Shown: positions 10,641-20,739, counted from the stretch's first letter. The stretch is 64,000 bases of DNA from Acidobacteriota bacterium (GCA_965203535.1 OZ241897.1:2828714-2892713), one strand, 5' to 3'. Numbers and translations are program-made. The notes: generated by a model not told the origin, from the sequence alone.

Positions 10641-10670
10641 CAGCCCAGGGCGAAAGTCGTCACAGGCTGG
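10641..10670. repeat. Short remnant resembling the terminal inverted repeat of the foldback repeat family
   Basis: CAGCCCAGGGCGAAAGTCGTCACAGGCTGG versus the copy at 31271: CAGCCCGTGGTGAAAGTCGTCACGGC. Lies in the mreD-mrdA spacer. Confidence 0.35.
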
Positions 10671-10718
10671 CCGGGGACTGCTGCGCATGGACTCCCCTGA
10701 CCTGTCCGTAGCGGCCTC

Positions 10719-11288
10719 TTAGAAGGGATCTTCCTCGTCCATCGACTTTCTGGCGAAATCCTTGGGAGGAAACTTGATCCGATCGTAACCGCGAAAGATG
10801 AAGATGCCGACCACCGATGCAACGCAACTGCGAATAGCGATGAAGGTCAGCAAGCTATCGGGTAACCGCTGTCCGAGCAAGTCAAGAATAGCAACCATGA
10901 GGACCGTGTCAAGGGCCGCTGCCGCCCCCAACAACAACATGCGTCCCGGAACGCCCTCCGCCGCCGCCCTCAGGCGAAACAGGCCAACCAGCCATCCGAT
11001 CAGGGTCTTGCTCAAACCGTTGAGTCCCAAAACGGTTCCCAGCAGCAGATCGGACAACAGGCCGAAACAAGTGCCCCAGAACGCACCCTTGCCCGCTGTC
11101 GAATGCATGGAGAGGTAGAGGACCAGTATCAGCGGCAGATCGATGTAGCGCCGCAACTCCGGCAACGCCCTGCTGAGCAGGATTTCGAAGCTCCCCGCGA
11201 GCAGGAGCAGGACCAGAATCTCGGTCCGGGAGAATCGGGCTTGCAGAGGGGTCCAACGAGTCTCGTCGGCCGGCCGCGGACGTTTCAA
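10719..11288 (-). CDS. mreD: Rod shape-determining protein MreD
   Basis: 189 aa hydrophobic protein directly after mreC (overlapping junction). The call rests on position and topology. Confidence 0.7.
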   Translation of the reverse strand: MKRPRPADETRWTPLQARFSRTEILVLLLLAGSFEILLSRALPELRRYIDLPLILVLYLSMHSTAGKGAFWGTCFGLLSDLLLGTVLGLNGLSKTLIGWLVGLFRLRAAAEGVPGRMLLLGAAAALDTVLMVAILDLLGQRLPDSLLTFIAIRSCVASVVGIFIFRGYDRIKFPPKDFARKSMDEEDPF

Positions 11289-12094
11289 GGAGCACGCGCG
11301 ACGAGAACTTCCTCGACCTTGGAAAAATCGACGAAGGGTTCGACCCTGATGTTGCGATGGTTCATTTCCCCTTTCTCGGAGATCACTACCCGGCCGACCG
11401 GAATGGCTTTGGGATAGATCCGGTCGGTCCCGGAGGTGTAGACCAACTCACCGACTTCCACCGGCTCGTGATTGGGGATGAATTTCCACTCCAGGAGATC
11501 GCCTCCGTTGCCCTGGACCACACCTTGCAAACGGGAGTCGGCCAGCATGGCGCCCGCCGAAGCGCCACGGTTGGTGATCAACTCCACCTCCGAGCTCATG
11601 GGTGTCGTCGCCACAACGCGCCCGATGATGCCGGACAGGCCGAGGACCGCCAGGTTTCGCTTGACGCCATGGAGGGTCCCCAGGTTGATGCCGATACGAC
11701 GACTGAAAAAGGGAGCGGTCTTCCAGATAATGCTGGCCGTCATGGTTTCGAAAAGATACTGCCGGGCCAGGGTCCGGAGTTCGGTACTGCGGCCCAGCAT
11801 CGACTGAACGCTCCTGAGCTGCGCGTTCTCCAGGCGCAGCCTCCCGATCTCCGCCTCCAACTCTTCATTCCGTTCCTGAATTCCGAAAAGAATCACATAT
11901 CGATTCAACGCGCCCTGGACGCTGTCGGCCACTGCCGAAACAGCCAGCGCAAGAGGGGAGATCACGGCCACTCCCAAGGTTCTCAACAGCGTCTGACCGG
12001 CGGGATTCCGCACCTGCGCCGAGATCAGCACCAGGTGCAACACGATCGCCAAGATGACCAGAGGCAGTGATTTTCGCTCGGCCGGCCAACCCAT
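11285..12094 (-). CDS. mreC: Rod shape-determining protein MreC
   Basis: 269 aa. N-terminal TM helix, a coiled-coil (EELEAEIGRLRLENAQL), then a beta-rich periplasmic domain. Lies between mreB and mreD. Confidence 0.85.
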   Translation of the reverse strand: MGWPAERKSLPLVILAIVLHLVLISAQVRNPAGQTLLRTLGVAVISPLALAVSAVADSVQGALNRYVILFGIQERNEELEAEIGRLRLENAQLRSVQSMLGRSTELRTLARQYLFETMTASIIWKTAPFFSRRIGINLGTLHGVKRNLAVLGLSGIIGRVVATTPMSSEVELITNRGASAGAMLADSRLQGVVQGNGGDLLEWKFIPNHEPVEVGELVYTSGTDRIYPKAIPVGRVVISEKGEMNHRNIRVEPFVDFSKVEEVLVARAP

Positions 12095-12104
12095 CCGGAG
12101 ATCC

Positions 12105-13127
12105 TCAGGAGCTGATCCTCTTCAACAGCTCGATGTCCTCAAGCATCTTTCCGGTTCCGATGGCGACAGAGGAGAGCGGATTCTCGGCCACGTAGACGGG
12201 AAGGCCCGTCTCCTCGCTGATTCGGTGGTCCATCTTCTGGAGCAGCGCCCCGCCTCCGGTCAAGATGATTCCCGTGTCCGATATGTCGGCGGACAACTCG
12301 GGCGGCGTTCTCTCCAGAGCGACTCGGACCGCATTCACAATCGCCACCATGGAGTCGGCCAACGCCTCGCGAATCTCATCGTCGGTGACGGTCACAGTCT
12401 TGGGTATTCCCTCGATGAGATTCCTGCCCTTCACTTCCGCGGTGAGGGGCTCCGACAATTCGGCAGCCGATCCGAGCTGGATCTTCACTCGCTCCGCCGT
12501 CCGTTCGCCGATGAGCAGATTGTGCTTTCGTTTGATGTACTGAATGATGGCTTCGTCCATTTCGTTTCCCGCCACCCGGACGGAGCGGCTGTGGACGATC
12601 CCCGCAAGACTGATGACGGCGATGTCGGTGGTCCCGCCGCCGATGTCGACGATCATGTTTCCATTCGGCTCGGTGATGGGAAGGCCGGCACCGATGGCAG
12701 CCGCCATCGCTTCCTCCACCAGGTAGACCTCGCTGGCCTTCGCGCGCAACGCAGATTCGCGAACCGCCCGCTTCTCCACCTGCGTGATCTCGGAGGGGAT
12801 GCAGATGATGATCCGGGGATTCAGCAGAAAACTCCGGTTCTGGGCCTTCCTGATGAAATAACGGAGCATTTCCTCGGTCACGTCGAAGTCGGCGATGACC
12901 CCGTCCTTCATCGGCTTGATGGCGACGATGTTGCCCGGCGTCCTCCCCAGCATCTCCTTGGCGTCGGTCCCAACGGCTTCCACCTTGTTGGTGAACTTGT
13001 TGATGGCGACGATGGAAGGTTCGTCGACGACGACTCCTTTCGCTCGTGCGAAAACGAGCGTATTCGCCGTGCCCAGATCAATGGCCAAATCGTGGGAAAA
13101 AGATTTCAAGAGGGAACGAAAGATCAT
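12105..13127 (-). CDS. mreB: Rod shape-determining actin homologue MreB
   Basis: 340 aa. DLGTANTLV and DIGGGTTDIAV actin-fold phosphate motifs. Confidence 0.95.
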   Translation of the reverse strand: MIFRSLLKSFSHDLAIDLGTANTLVFARAKGVVVDEPSIVAINKFTNKVEAVGTDAKEMLGRTPGNIVAIKPMKDGVIADFDVTEEMLRYFIRKAQNRSFLLNPRIIICIPSEITQVEKRAVRESALRAKASEVYLVEEAMAAAIGAGLPITEPNGNMIVDIGGGTTDIAVISLAGIVHSRSVRVAGNEMDEAIIQYIKRKHNLLIGERTAERVKIQLGSAAELSEPLTAEVKGRNLIEGIPKTVTVTDDEIREALADSMVAIVNAVRVALERTPPELSADISDTGIILTGGGALLQKMDHRISEETGLPVYVAENPLSSVAIGTGKMLEDIELLKRISS

Positions 13128-13271
13128 TGGTCCCTGATGCTCCTCGGGATTTCAGCGGGACCACACCCTCAGCCGGGGCAGTCCCCTTTTCACCGTCGTC
13201 CATTATCGGACGCAACCGGGTGCTGTCGCAAGAAAACTCTCTCCGGAAGCCGCGTAGCGGTACCCGCCTCA

Positions 13272-13280
13272 TGGTATAAT
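13272..13280 (+). promoter_or_regulatory. Extended -10 promoter element (TGgTATAAT) upstream of ppiD
   Basis: Perfect TATAAT at 13275..13280 preceded by TG at 13272..13273. GGAGGA Shine-Dalgarno at ~13291 and ATG at 13302. No good -35 element. Confidence 0.4.
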
Positions 13281-13301
13281 CGGCGGCTGACGGAGGACTG
13301 G

Positions 13302-15206
13302 ATGCTACCCTTTTTCCGCGAGAAGAGACGAGGGCTCAAGTGGATCCTGTGGTTGGTCATCATCGGGTTGGGCGTCGGAATGATGGGCCTGTTCGTCGAT
13401 ACGCCGGGCACCAGCTCCGGGATCTCCTCTGCCCACGCCGCCGAAGTGGCCGATTTCGTCATTACCTCCAGTGAATTCCGGAGACACTACGTCCAACTCT
13501 ACGAGGCCTACCGCCGAGTCTACAAGTTGGACCGCCAGGACACTTCCGTCATCAAGCAGTTGCGTCTGGAACAACAGGCGCTCGATCAACTGGTGGCGGA
13601 ATACGCGACGTTCCACGAAGCACGGGAAATGGGAATCACCGTGACCTCGGATGAAATCGTTCGATTCATCACCAAGACCCCCGTATTCCAGGAAAACGGC
13701 AACTTCATCGGCGTGGATCGCTATCGCGCCATCTTGCGGGCCAATAACTGGGCGCCCCAGGAATTCGAGGACAGCATCCGGAGACAGCTTGCCCAGGAGA
13801 AGCTGCGCAGAATTCTGACCGACGGGATCTTTCCCACGCCCGGTGAGATCCGGCGAGAGTTTCTGAAGCGGAATCAGGAGGTGAAGCTCCGGTACGTGGC
13901 CTTCGACCCGGAAGAGTTGGCTCCGGGGGACGTGGAAGAAGAAAAACTCAAGGAGTATTTCGACGAACGGCAAGAGAACTACCGGGTCGGCGAGCAACGC
14001 AGGATACGGTACGTTTCCGTCGGCGTCGACCCTGAGAACGCCACCGTCTCCGAAGAGCAGATCCGGGATCGAATGGATCGCGTCACGGACACGGACCAGG
14101 CAAGAGTCAGCCATATTCTGGTTTCGGTGCGGAGCCCTGACGACGAACCCGCGGCGAGGGCCAAGGCCCAGGGTCTCCTGCAGCAGCTTCGGTCCGGCGC
14201 GAATTTCGCGCAGTTGGCTCGCGAGCACTCGGAAGACCCGGTTTCCGCGGCGGCCGGCGGGGACCTCGGCTTTTTCGGACGAGACAAGATGATGCCGGAG
14301 TTCGAGAAGGCCGCTTTTGCGCTGAAGCCCGGCGAGCTGAGCGACCTGGTGGTGACGCCCTTCGGCTACCACATCATCCTCGGCGCCTTCAATCCCCAGC
14401 ACCACGACGGCGATGCCCGGCGGCCGATCGCCGAATACGAAGCCCGGCGGCAGGAGGCGGAGAATCAGGCCAAGGATCTGGCGGCGGAAATATCCGGAGA
14501 TCTGGCGGAGGACCCGGATCTGGCGAGGGCGGCGAGCTCTCGCGGCCTCGCGGTTGAGGAATCGGACTACTTCGAGCTCGGCGGCTTCATTCCCGGCCTG
14601 TCCGTACAGAACGACTTCAATCAGAAAATCTTCGATCTCCAGGAGAACCAGTCACTGGAGCCGTACGAAGCGGCCGGTTCCTACCTGGTGGCTCAGCTCA
14701 TGGAGATCCGGCCGGGCCACATGCCGGCTTTCGAAGAGACCCGCGCCAAGGTTCTCGCCGACTACCGCTCCACGCAGGGTGACGAATCCGCCCGGGAGAA
14801 CGCCTTCGCCATGCACCAGGCCATCGGCGGCGGCGGCGAGTTCCGGAAGCTGGCACAGGAACGGGAATTGGCGGTCATGACGACCCCCTTCTTCAAGCGG
14901 GGAGCCACCATCGACGAGAACCTCCGATTCTCGCCGCAGGTTCACGACCATGCTTTTCGACTGGAGACGGGAGAGGTCGCGCCGCCCGTACTCGTCACCG
15001 GCAAGTATTTCGTGTTCCAGTTAGCCGAGAAGACGGGCCTGGACCAGGAGAAGTTCGAACGCGAGAAGAGTCAACTGGAAAAGGAGTTGACGGAGAAGAA
15101 ACGTACGGACTACTTCAATGCCTACGTGGAAGGCACCCTGGAACGCCTGCGCGGCGACGACGCCATCACCATCAACCAGGAGATGGTGGACGCCATAACC
15201 GGGTAG
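13302..15206 (+). CDS. ppiD: Periplasmic chaperone / parvulin-type peptidyl-prolyl isomerase (PpiD/SurA-like)
   Basis: Real start is the internal Met MLPFFREKRRGLKWILWLVIIGLG (TM anchor). Parvulin domain VSHILV...GGDLGFF...FGYHII. The first 416 codons of ORF 12054..15206 are antisense to mreB. Confidence 0.8.
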   Translation: MLPFFREKRRGLKWILWLVIIGLGVGMMGLFVDTPGTSSGISSAHAAEVADFVITSSEFRRHYVQLYEAYRRVYKLDRQDTSVIKQLRLEQQALDQLVAEYATFHEAREMGITVTSDEIVRFITKTPVFQENGNFIGVDRYRAILRANNWAPQEFEDSIRRQLAQEKLRRILTDGIFPTPGEIRREFLKRNQEVKLRYVAFDPEELAPGDVEEEKLKEYFDERQENYRVGEQRRIRYVSVGVDPENATVSEEQIRDRMDRVTDTDQARVSHILVSVRSPDDEPAARAKAQGLLQQLRSGANFAQLAREHSEDPVSAAAGGDLGFFGRDKMMPEFEKAAFALKPGELSDLVVTPFGYHIILGAFNPQHHDGDARRPIAEYEARRQEAENQAKDLAAEISGDLAEDPDLARAASSRGLAVEESDYFELGGFIPGLSVQNDFNQKIFDLQENQSLEPYEAAGSYLVAQLMEIRPGHMPAFEETRAKVLADYRSTQGDESARENAFAMHQAIGGGGEFRKLAQERELAVMTTPFFKRGATIDENLRFSPQVHDHAFRLETGEVAPPVLVTGKYFVFQLAEKTGLDQEKFEREKSQLEKELTEKKRTDYFNAYVEGTLERLRGDDAITINQEMVDAITG

Positions 15207-15210
15207 GTAG

Positions 15211-15233
15211 CCGGCAGCGGCCGGTCCTGCCGG
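15211..15233. terminator. GC-rich hairpin between convergent ppiD and glmS (possible bidirectional terminator)
   Basis: CCGGCAG-cggccggtc-CTGCCGG, a 7-bp stem 5 nt after the ppiD stop. No clear U-tract. Confidence 0.3.
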
Positions 15234-15278
15234 TCCCCACCCTTTGCTCCCACGCACCAACGGCGGTGTCTCAACGGA

Positions 15279-17105
15279 CTACTGCACCGTGACCGACTTG
15301 GCCAGATTCCGGGGCCGGTCGATGTCGCAGCCTCGCTCCCTGGCCACGTAATAAGCCAGGAGTTGGAGCGCCATCACGCTCAGAAATGGCGTGAACATCT
15401 CTCCGCATTGCGGAATCTCGATCAGGTCGTCGACCAGCTCGGCCAAGTGCGCGTCTCCTTCCGTTCCCACCGCGATGACCGGTCCGTTTCGACTCTTGAT
15501 CTCCTGGATGTTCCCGATCATTTTTCGATAGACGCTGTCGCGGGGCGCCAGGCAGACGGTGGGAAAATTCTCGTCAACGAGGGCGAGAGGCCCGTGCTTC
15601 ATTTCTCCCGCGGCGTACCCCTCAGCGTGCAGGTAGGAAATCTCCTTCATCTTCAGGGCTCCCTCCATCGCCACCGGATAGCTGAATCTTCTCCCCAGAT
15701 AAAGCAGGTTGCGGTGATGGGCGTAACGGCGGGCGATCCCTTCAATGGCGGGAGCCCGCGCGAGCATGGACCGCATCCTGTCGGGCAGGGCCCGGAGCTC
15801 ATGGACGAAATCCTGGCCTTCGCTCAAAGACATCTGCTGATGACGGCCCAGCAGGAGGCCCACCAGGTAGAGAATGGCGATCTGGGAGACGAAAACCTTG
15901 GTGGAGGCGACACTGATTTCCGGTCCGGCGTGATTGTAGATGCCGGCGTCGGTGAGGCGGGCGACGGTGCTGCCCACCACGTTGACGAGGCCCAGGCTGA
16001 GAGCGCCGCGCCGTTTGACTTCGCGGACCACGGCCAGGATGTCGGCCGTCTCGCCCGACTGGCTGATGGCCAGAACCGCCGTACCCGCTTGCAGGTTCAA
16101 CTTGCGGTACTGGAACTCGGACGCGAGATCGACGTCGACAGGATAGTTGGTGCAACTCTCGATGACGTAACGTCCCAGCAGTCCGGCGTAGTAGGAGGTC
16201 CCACAGGCCAGGATGATGAGACGCCGCATGTTCCTCAGGCGCGACCAGACTCGCTCCAGGCCACCCAGCTTGGAGAGTCCTTCCGCCTCGATCAGCCTTC
16301 CCCTGATGGCCTCTCCGATCACCTCGGGCTGCTCGTGGACCTCCTTGAGCATGAAGTGGGGGTAACCCCTCTTCTCGGCGGACGACATGTCCCAGTCCAG
16401 GGTCTGGACGGAGCGATTCATGGGCATCCCGCTGAGCGTTCGTATCCGGTAGCTCCCGGGCTTCAGCAATGCCACCTCGCCGTCATGGAGGTAGGCCACC
16501 TCCCGGGTGTGACTCATCAGGGCCGCCGCGTCGGACGCGGCAAAGATCTCCCGGTCCCGGATTCCCAGGACCAGGGGGCTGCCCAGCCGGGCGACCACGA
16601 TCTGGGAAGGATTTTCGGCGGAAATCACCCCGATTCCGTAGGTTCCGTCGACGCGTTGAAGAGCCGAGTTGACCGCATCTTCCAAGTCGCCTCGATAGTA
16701 TTCTTCGATCAGGTGGGCCAGAACCTCGGAATCGGTGGAAGAGCGGAACCGGTGCCCCTTTTCCCGAAGTTCCTCCCGCAACTGCCGGTAGTTCTCGATG
16801 ATTCCGTTGTGCACCACGAAGATGCGGTTCCGGCAGTCGCCATGCGGATGAGCGTTTTCGGGAGAAGGAACCCCATGCGTGGCCCAACGAGTATGGGCAA
16901 TGCCGCCCCAGCCGGTCCAAGATTCGTCCCCGAGAAGCCCCGCCAGATCCGAGATCTTTCCCACCGCTTTCCGGCAGTGGATCTCCTCATTCACGGCTAC
17001 CGCGACACCGCTGGAGTCGTAGCCGCGGTATTCCAGTCTTCTCAAGCCGTTGAGCAGGATCGGCAGGGAGGGGCGATCCCCCAGGTAGCAGATAATTCCA
17101 CACAT
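15279..17105 (-). CDS. glmS: Glutamine--fructose-6-phosphate aminotransferase
   Basis: 608 aa. N-terminal MCGI nucleophile and two SIS domains. C-terminal ...AKSVTVQ as in GlmS. Confidence 0.95.
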   Translation of the reverse strand: MCGIICYLGDRPSLPILLNGLRRLEYRGYDSSGVAVAVNEEIHCRKAVGKISDLAGLLGDESWTGWGGIAHTRWATHGVPSPENAHPHGDCRNRIFVVHNGIIENYRQLREELREKGHRFRSSTDSEVLAHLIEEYYRGDLEDAVNSALQRVDGTYGIGVISAENPSQIVVARLGSPLVLGIRDREIFAASDAAALMSHTREVAYLHDGEVALLKPGSYRIRTLSGMPMNRSVQTLDWDMSSAEKRGYPHFMLKEVHEQPEVIGEAIRGRLIEAEGLSKLGGLERVWSRLRNMRRLIILACGTSYYAGLLGRYVIESCTNYPVDVDLASEFQYRKLNLQAGTAVLAISQSGETADILAVVREVKRRGALSLGLVNVVGSTVARLTDAGIYNHAGPEISVASTKVFVSQIAILYLVGLLLGRHQQMSLSEGQDFVHELRALPDRMRSMLARAPAIEGIARRYAHHRNLLYLGRRFSYPVAMEGALKMKEISYLHAEGYAAGEMKHGPLALVDENFPTVCLAPRDSVYRKMIGNIQEIKSRNGPVIAVGTEGDAHLAELVDDLIEIPQCGEMFTPFLSVMALQLLAYYVARERGCDIDRPRNLAKSVTVQ

Positions 17106-17261
17106 CGTTCCCTCAGAATCGTACCGGAAAGTTATCGGGATCCTTCCGTTTCCGTGACGTCAGCCCTGGAGGGTCTTGCCGGCAATGGACGGGGTAGGGT
17201 GCGTGCGGCAGAGCGCGGGAAGAGACTTGCAAGTGATTGAGGTCCCGGTGGGACCCGCTGG

Positions 17262-17633
17262 TCAGAGAAGGCCCAATTGAAGTCTTGCCGCCTCGGACAT
17301 GTTCTCCATGGTCCAGGGCGGGTCCCAAACGACTTCTACGGCAACTTTTTCTATGCCGGGAAGCGCCCGTACTTTGGATTCGACCTCCAACGGCAGCGAC
17401 TCGGCCACCGGACAACTGGGCGAAGTCAGGGTCATCTTGATATCCACAGCTCCGGCGTCGTCGACGTCGACCCCGTAGACCAGACCCAGTTCGTAGATGT
17501 CCACCGGAATCTCCGGATCGTAACAACTCCTGAGGACCGAGATCACCTCTTCCTGGACGGGACCCCCCACCGGCGCAATCCCACTTCCCGTTTCGCCCTG
17601 AAAACCCGGTTCCGGGTTCGGTTCTTCTGCCAT
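17262..17633 (-). CDS. sufT: DUF59 / SufT-like Fe-S assembly protein
   Basis: 123 aa. YDPEIPVDIYELGLVY and MTLTSPSCP motifs of the DUF59/MIP18 family. Last gene of the suf operon. Confidence 0.75.
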   Translation of the reverse strand: MAEEPNPEPGFQGETGSGIAPVGGPVQEEVISVLRSCYDPEIPVDIYELGLVYGVDVDDAGAVDIKMTLTSPSCPVAESLPLEVESKVRALPGIEKVAVEVVWDPPWTMENMSEAARLQLGLL

Positions 17634-17664
17634 GGATCCCCCTCCGCGGTCCTCCGCGGGAGTC

Positions 17665-18123
17665 TTATTCGGTCGAGACGACCTCGTTTCTCTTTTCGAG
17701 TGCCGCCCGCAACGTATGCCAGGTCAAGGTGGCGCATTTCACCCGAACCGGATAGCGGCTGACCCCTTCAAACACCACCAATTTACCCAGATCCGGTTCG
17801 GAATGATCTTCCGAATCGAGATTCCCGGTCACGAGCTGGTGAAAGCGCTCGAACAACGCGTTGACTTCCTCCAGGTTCCGACCCTTCAAACTCTCGGTCA
17901 TCAACGAGGCGGATGCCATGGAGATGGCGCACCCCGAGCCCTGAAACGAGATCTCGTCGACGACGGAGCCCTTCAACTTGAGGTACACGGTGACCCGGTC
18001 GCCGCAGAGGGCATTGAAGCCTTCCGACTGGTGGTCCGCGTCCTCCAGAACAGCGAAATTCCGAGGCCGCCGGTTGTGATCCAGGATGACCTCCTGGTAG
18101 AGGGCGCTCAGGTCCGCCATCAC
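17665..18123 (-). CDS. sufU: SufU/IscU-like Fe-S scaffold / sulfur acceptor
   Basis: 152 aa. NRRPRNF...NALCGD...GSGCAIS...C motifs. Overlaps the sufS stop. Confidence 0.85.
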   Translation of the reverse strand: MMADLSALYQEVILDHNRRPRNFAVLEDADHQSEGFNALCGDRVTVYLKLKGSVVDEISFQGSGCAISMASASLMTESLKGRNLEEVNALFERFHQLVTGNLDSEDHSEPDLGKLVVFEGVSRYPVRVKCATLTWHTLRAALEKRNEVVSTE

Positions 18124-19385
18124 TCAAACACCTCGATCACCTTCTCGAGGCCCCGGCACAAGGCATCGATCTCTTCCCGCGTGTTGTAGAACGCCAGCGA
18201 CGCCCGCGCCGTGGCCGGGAGCCCATAGTAATCCATCAGAGGCTGGGCACAGTGATGGCCGGTCCGAATCGCCACCCCCTCCAGATCCAGAATGGTGCCC
18301 ATGTCGTGCGGATGGACTTCGTCCAGAACGAAGGAGAGGACGGCCGCCTTCGCCGGCGCGGTGCCGATCAGGCGCAGGCCGGGAACCTGGGAAAGCCGGG
18401 CAGTTGCGTACTCCAGCAGCTCGTTCTCGTAGGCCGCCACGCGATCGAGGCCCAGGTTCTCCAGGTAGTCCAGCGCCGCTGCCAACGCGACGCCGCCGGC
18501 GATATTGGGCGTCCCCCCCTCGAACTTGTGCGGAGGTTCGTTGTAGGTCGTCTTCTCGAAGGAGACGGAACGGATCATCTCCCCTCCCCCCTGGTAGGGA
18601 GGCATGGACTCCAGGTGGTTCCATTTGCCGTAGAGGATGCCGATACCGGTGGGCCCGTAGATCTTGTGTCCGGAGAAGCAATAGAAATCGCAATCCAGTT
18701 CCTGCACGTCCACCTTGAGGTGAGGCACCGCCTGAGCCCCGTCCAAGAGGACGAGGGCCCCGTGCCCATGCGCCATTTCAACCATTTTCCGCACCGGGTT
18801 GACGGTCCCGAGAACGTTGGACACATGGGTCACCGCGACGATCCGGGTGCGAGGGTTCAACAGCTTTTCGTACTCGTCCAGAAACAACTCGCCCCGGCCG
18901 GAGACGGGAATGACCCGAAGCCGGGCGCCCTTTTGCTGGCAGAGCATCTGCCAGGGAACGATATTGGAATGGTGCTCCATTTGGGAAACGATGACTTCGT
19001 CACCCGGATTCAGAAGGCTCCGTCCCGCCGTCTGGGCCACCAGGTTGATCGCCTCGGTCGTGCTCCGGACGAAGACGATCTCTTCCGCCCGGGTCGCGTT
19101 GACGAATTTCTGCACTCTCTCACGGGTCGCCTCATAGGCATCCGTCGCCCGGACGCTCAAAAGATGGACACCCCGCTGAATGTTGGCGTTGGTGCGGGAA
19201 TAGTATCGGCTCACCGCATCGATGACCTGCTGCGGCTTCTGGCTGGTGGCCGCATTGTCCAGGTAGGCCAACGGCTTGCCGTGAACCTTCCGGGAGAGGA
19301 TCGGGAAATCCCGTCGGATGCGTCCCGGATTCAGCCCTTTCGACACGCGCCGGTGTTGGTTTCGGGCGGTTGTGCTGAAACTCAC
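18120..19385 (-). CDS. sufS: Cysteine desulfurase SufS
   Basis: In-frame GTG at 19385 overlaps the sufD stop (GTGA). Product VSFSTTARN...YLDNAATSQKP...SGHK...RTGHHCAQP. The upstream 135 codons of ORF 18120..19790 overlap sufD and are not coding. Confidence 0.9.
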   Translation of the reverse strand: MSFSTTARNQHRRVSKGLNPGRIRRDFPILSRKVHGKPLAYLDNAATSQKPQQVIDAVSRYYSRTNANIQRGVHLLSVRATDAYEATRERVQKFVNATRAEEIVFVRSTTEAINLVAQTAGRSLLNPGDEVIVSQMEHHSNIVPWQMLCQQKGARLRVIPVSGRGELFLDEYEKLLNPRTRIVAVTHVSNVLGTVNPVRKMVEMAHGHGALVLLDGAQAVPHLKVDVQELDCDFYCFSGHKIYGPTGIGILYGKWNHLESMPPYQGGGEMIRSVSFEKTTYNEPPHKFEGGTPNIAGGVALAAALDYLENLGLDRVAAYENELLEYATARLSQVPGLRLIGTAPAKAAVLSFVLDEVHPHDMGTILDLEGVAIRTGHHCAQPLMDYYGLPATARASLAFYNTREEIDALCRGLEKVIEVFE

Positions 19386-20725
19386 GTCAGTGCCTTCCTC
19401 AGAAAACTCCCTTGCGGCAGCCGGTCGAAGAGCAGGGAACTGAGTCGATCCCGGAGACCGGCCAGCCGCACGCGGCGGATCACGTCCTCGGCAAAACCGT
19501 AGGTCAGGATGCTTCGCGCCATGTCTTCGTCGATGCCTCGCGACCGCATGTAGAAGATGGCTTCCCGGTCGAGCTGCCCGATGGTGGCGCCATGGGTGCA
19601 CTTGACTTCGTCGGCGTAGATCTCCAGTTGGGGCTTCGTGTTCACCAAGGCTCGATCGGACAGCAGCAGGTTGTTGTTGGTCTGCACCGAGTCGGTCTTC
19701 TGGGCTCCCGGATGAACCACGATGCGTCCCCGGAACACCCCCCGGGAACGGCCGGCCAGAATACCCTTGTAAACCTCGCGGCTGCCGCAATGGGGAGCCG
19801 CGTGCTCGATCCGGGTGTGGTTGTCCACCAACTGCTCGCCGGAAACGACGAAGATGCCGTCAAGCGCCGCGTCCGCTCCCTCGCCCCCCAGAACCACGTT
19901 CAGGTCGTTGCGTGTCAGCCGTCCCCCCAGGTCCGCCGACATCGTGCGGGCCACACTGTTGGATTCCTGCCGGATCTCCAGGGTCGAGACATGGTGTGCG
20001 GCGGGACTCTCCTCCTGCAGCCGGTAGTGATCCAGGTTGGCGTTCTCCCCCACCGCCACCTCGGTGACGGGATTGCTGAAATAGGACTTCTCTCCGACTC
20101 CCAGGTAGTGCTCGACCACCGAGCATTCGCTGCCGGCGCCCACCAGGATCAGGTTCCGGGGATGGGTCACGAATGCCGGCCCGCCGTTGCCGGTGGAGAG
20201 GAATACGAGATGGATGGGATCCGGGACCCGAACTCCGTCGGGGACCCGAACGACGGCTCCGTCTTCAATAAATGCGGTGTTGAGAGTAACGAACGGATGG
20301 CGCTCAGCCTCCACGTACCGGGCCAGGTGGTCCTCGACCTCTTCGGGACGTTCCCGAAGAATGGAGGCCAAGGAGCCGATCCGGACCCGGCGCTCCCCCT
20401 CCTCCAAGTGGGACAGCTCCGCGCAGTACCGTCCATTCAGGAAGACGCAATGGGCGGCGGCGCTGCCGCCGGCCGCCAGGGACTCCGTCCGGCAATGTCC
20501 GTCCGGAGAAGTCGCGGGAGCGGTCTCGAATGCGGTGGCCGCCAGGGGGGCGACGTTGGTGTAACGCCAATCCTCATCGGCGATGGTGGGGAATCCCGTC
20601 TCAACGAAACGCAACATGGCTTCCCGGCGCAGCCGGGACAACCAGTCGGGACTGTCCGACGCCGTATCGTCCAACCGGTTGAATCGTTCCAGGTAGGAGT
20701 CCAGGGACTTTCGTGCGACCTTCAT
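19382..20725 (-). CDS. sufD: Fe-S cluster assembly protein SufD
   Basis: 447 aa. C-terminal beta-helix region homologous to SufB (QLEIYADEVKCTHGATIG). Lies between sufC and sufS. Confidence 0.85.
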   Translation of the reverse strand: MKVARKSLDSYLERFNRLDDTASDSPDWLSRLRREAMLRFVETGFPTIADEDWRYTNVAPLAATAFETAPATSPDGHCRTESLAAGGSAAAHCVFLNGRYCAELSHLEEGERRVRIGSLASILRERPEEVEDHLARYVEAERHPFVTLNTAFIEDGAVVRVPDGVRVPDPIHLVFLSTGNGGPAFVTHPRNLILVGAGSECSVVEHYLGVGEKSYFSNPVTEVAVGENANLDHYRLQEESPAAHHVSTLEIRQESNSVARTMSADLGGRLTRNDLNVVLGGEGADAALDGIFVVSGEQLVDNHTRIEHAAPHCGSREVYKGILAGRSRGVFRGRIVVHPGAQKTDSVQTNNNLLLSDRALVNTKPQLEIYADEVKCTHGATIGQLDREAIFYMRSRGIDEDMARSILTYGFAEDVIRRVRLAGLRDRLSSLLFDRLPQGSFLRKALT

Positions 20726-20739
20726 CTCGATTCGTGCCT

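Noticed and set aside
12054-13301. N-terminal 416 codons of the 1,050-aa ORF 12054..15206.
   Set aside because: This part is antisense to mreB and shadow-like in composition. The real ppiD-like gene starts at ATG 13302, behind an extended -10 and a GGAGGA SD, with a TM anchor.
17106-17261. Possible glmS ribozyme in the glmS leader.
   Set aside because: I read the minus-strand leader and saw none of the conserved glmS ribozyme core segments. It holds only a small GGTCCC/GGGACC hairpin after sufT and a 10-bp palindrome ACTTGCAAGT. A covariance-model scan would be needed to be certain.
19386-19790. 135-codon N-terminal extension making sufS a 556-aa protein.
   Set aside because: It overlaps the 3' end of sufD in another frame and is Arg/Pro/Gly-rich. 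An in-frame GTG at 19385 gives a normal-length SufS coupled to the sufD stop.
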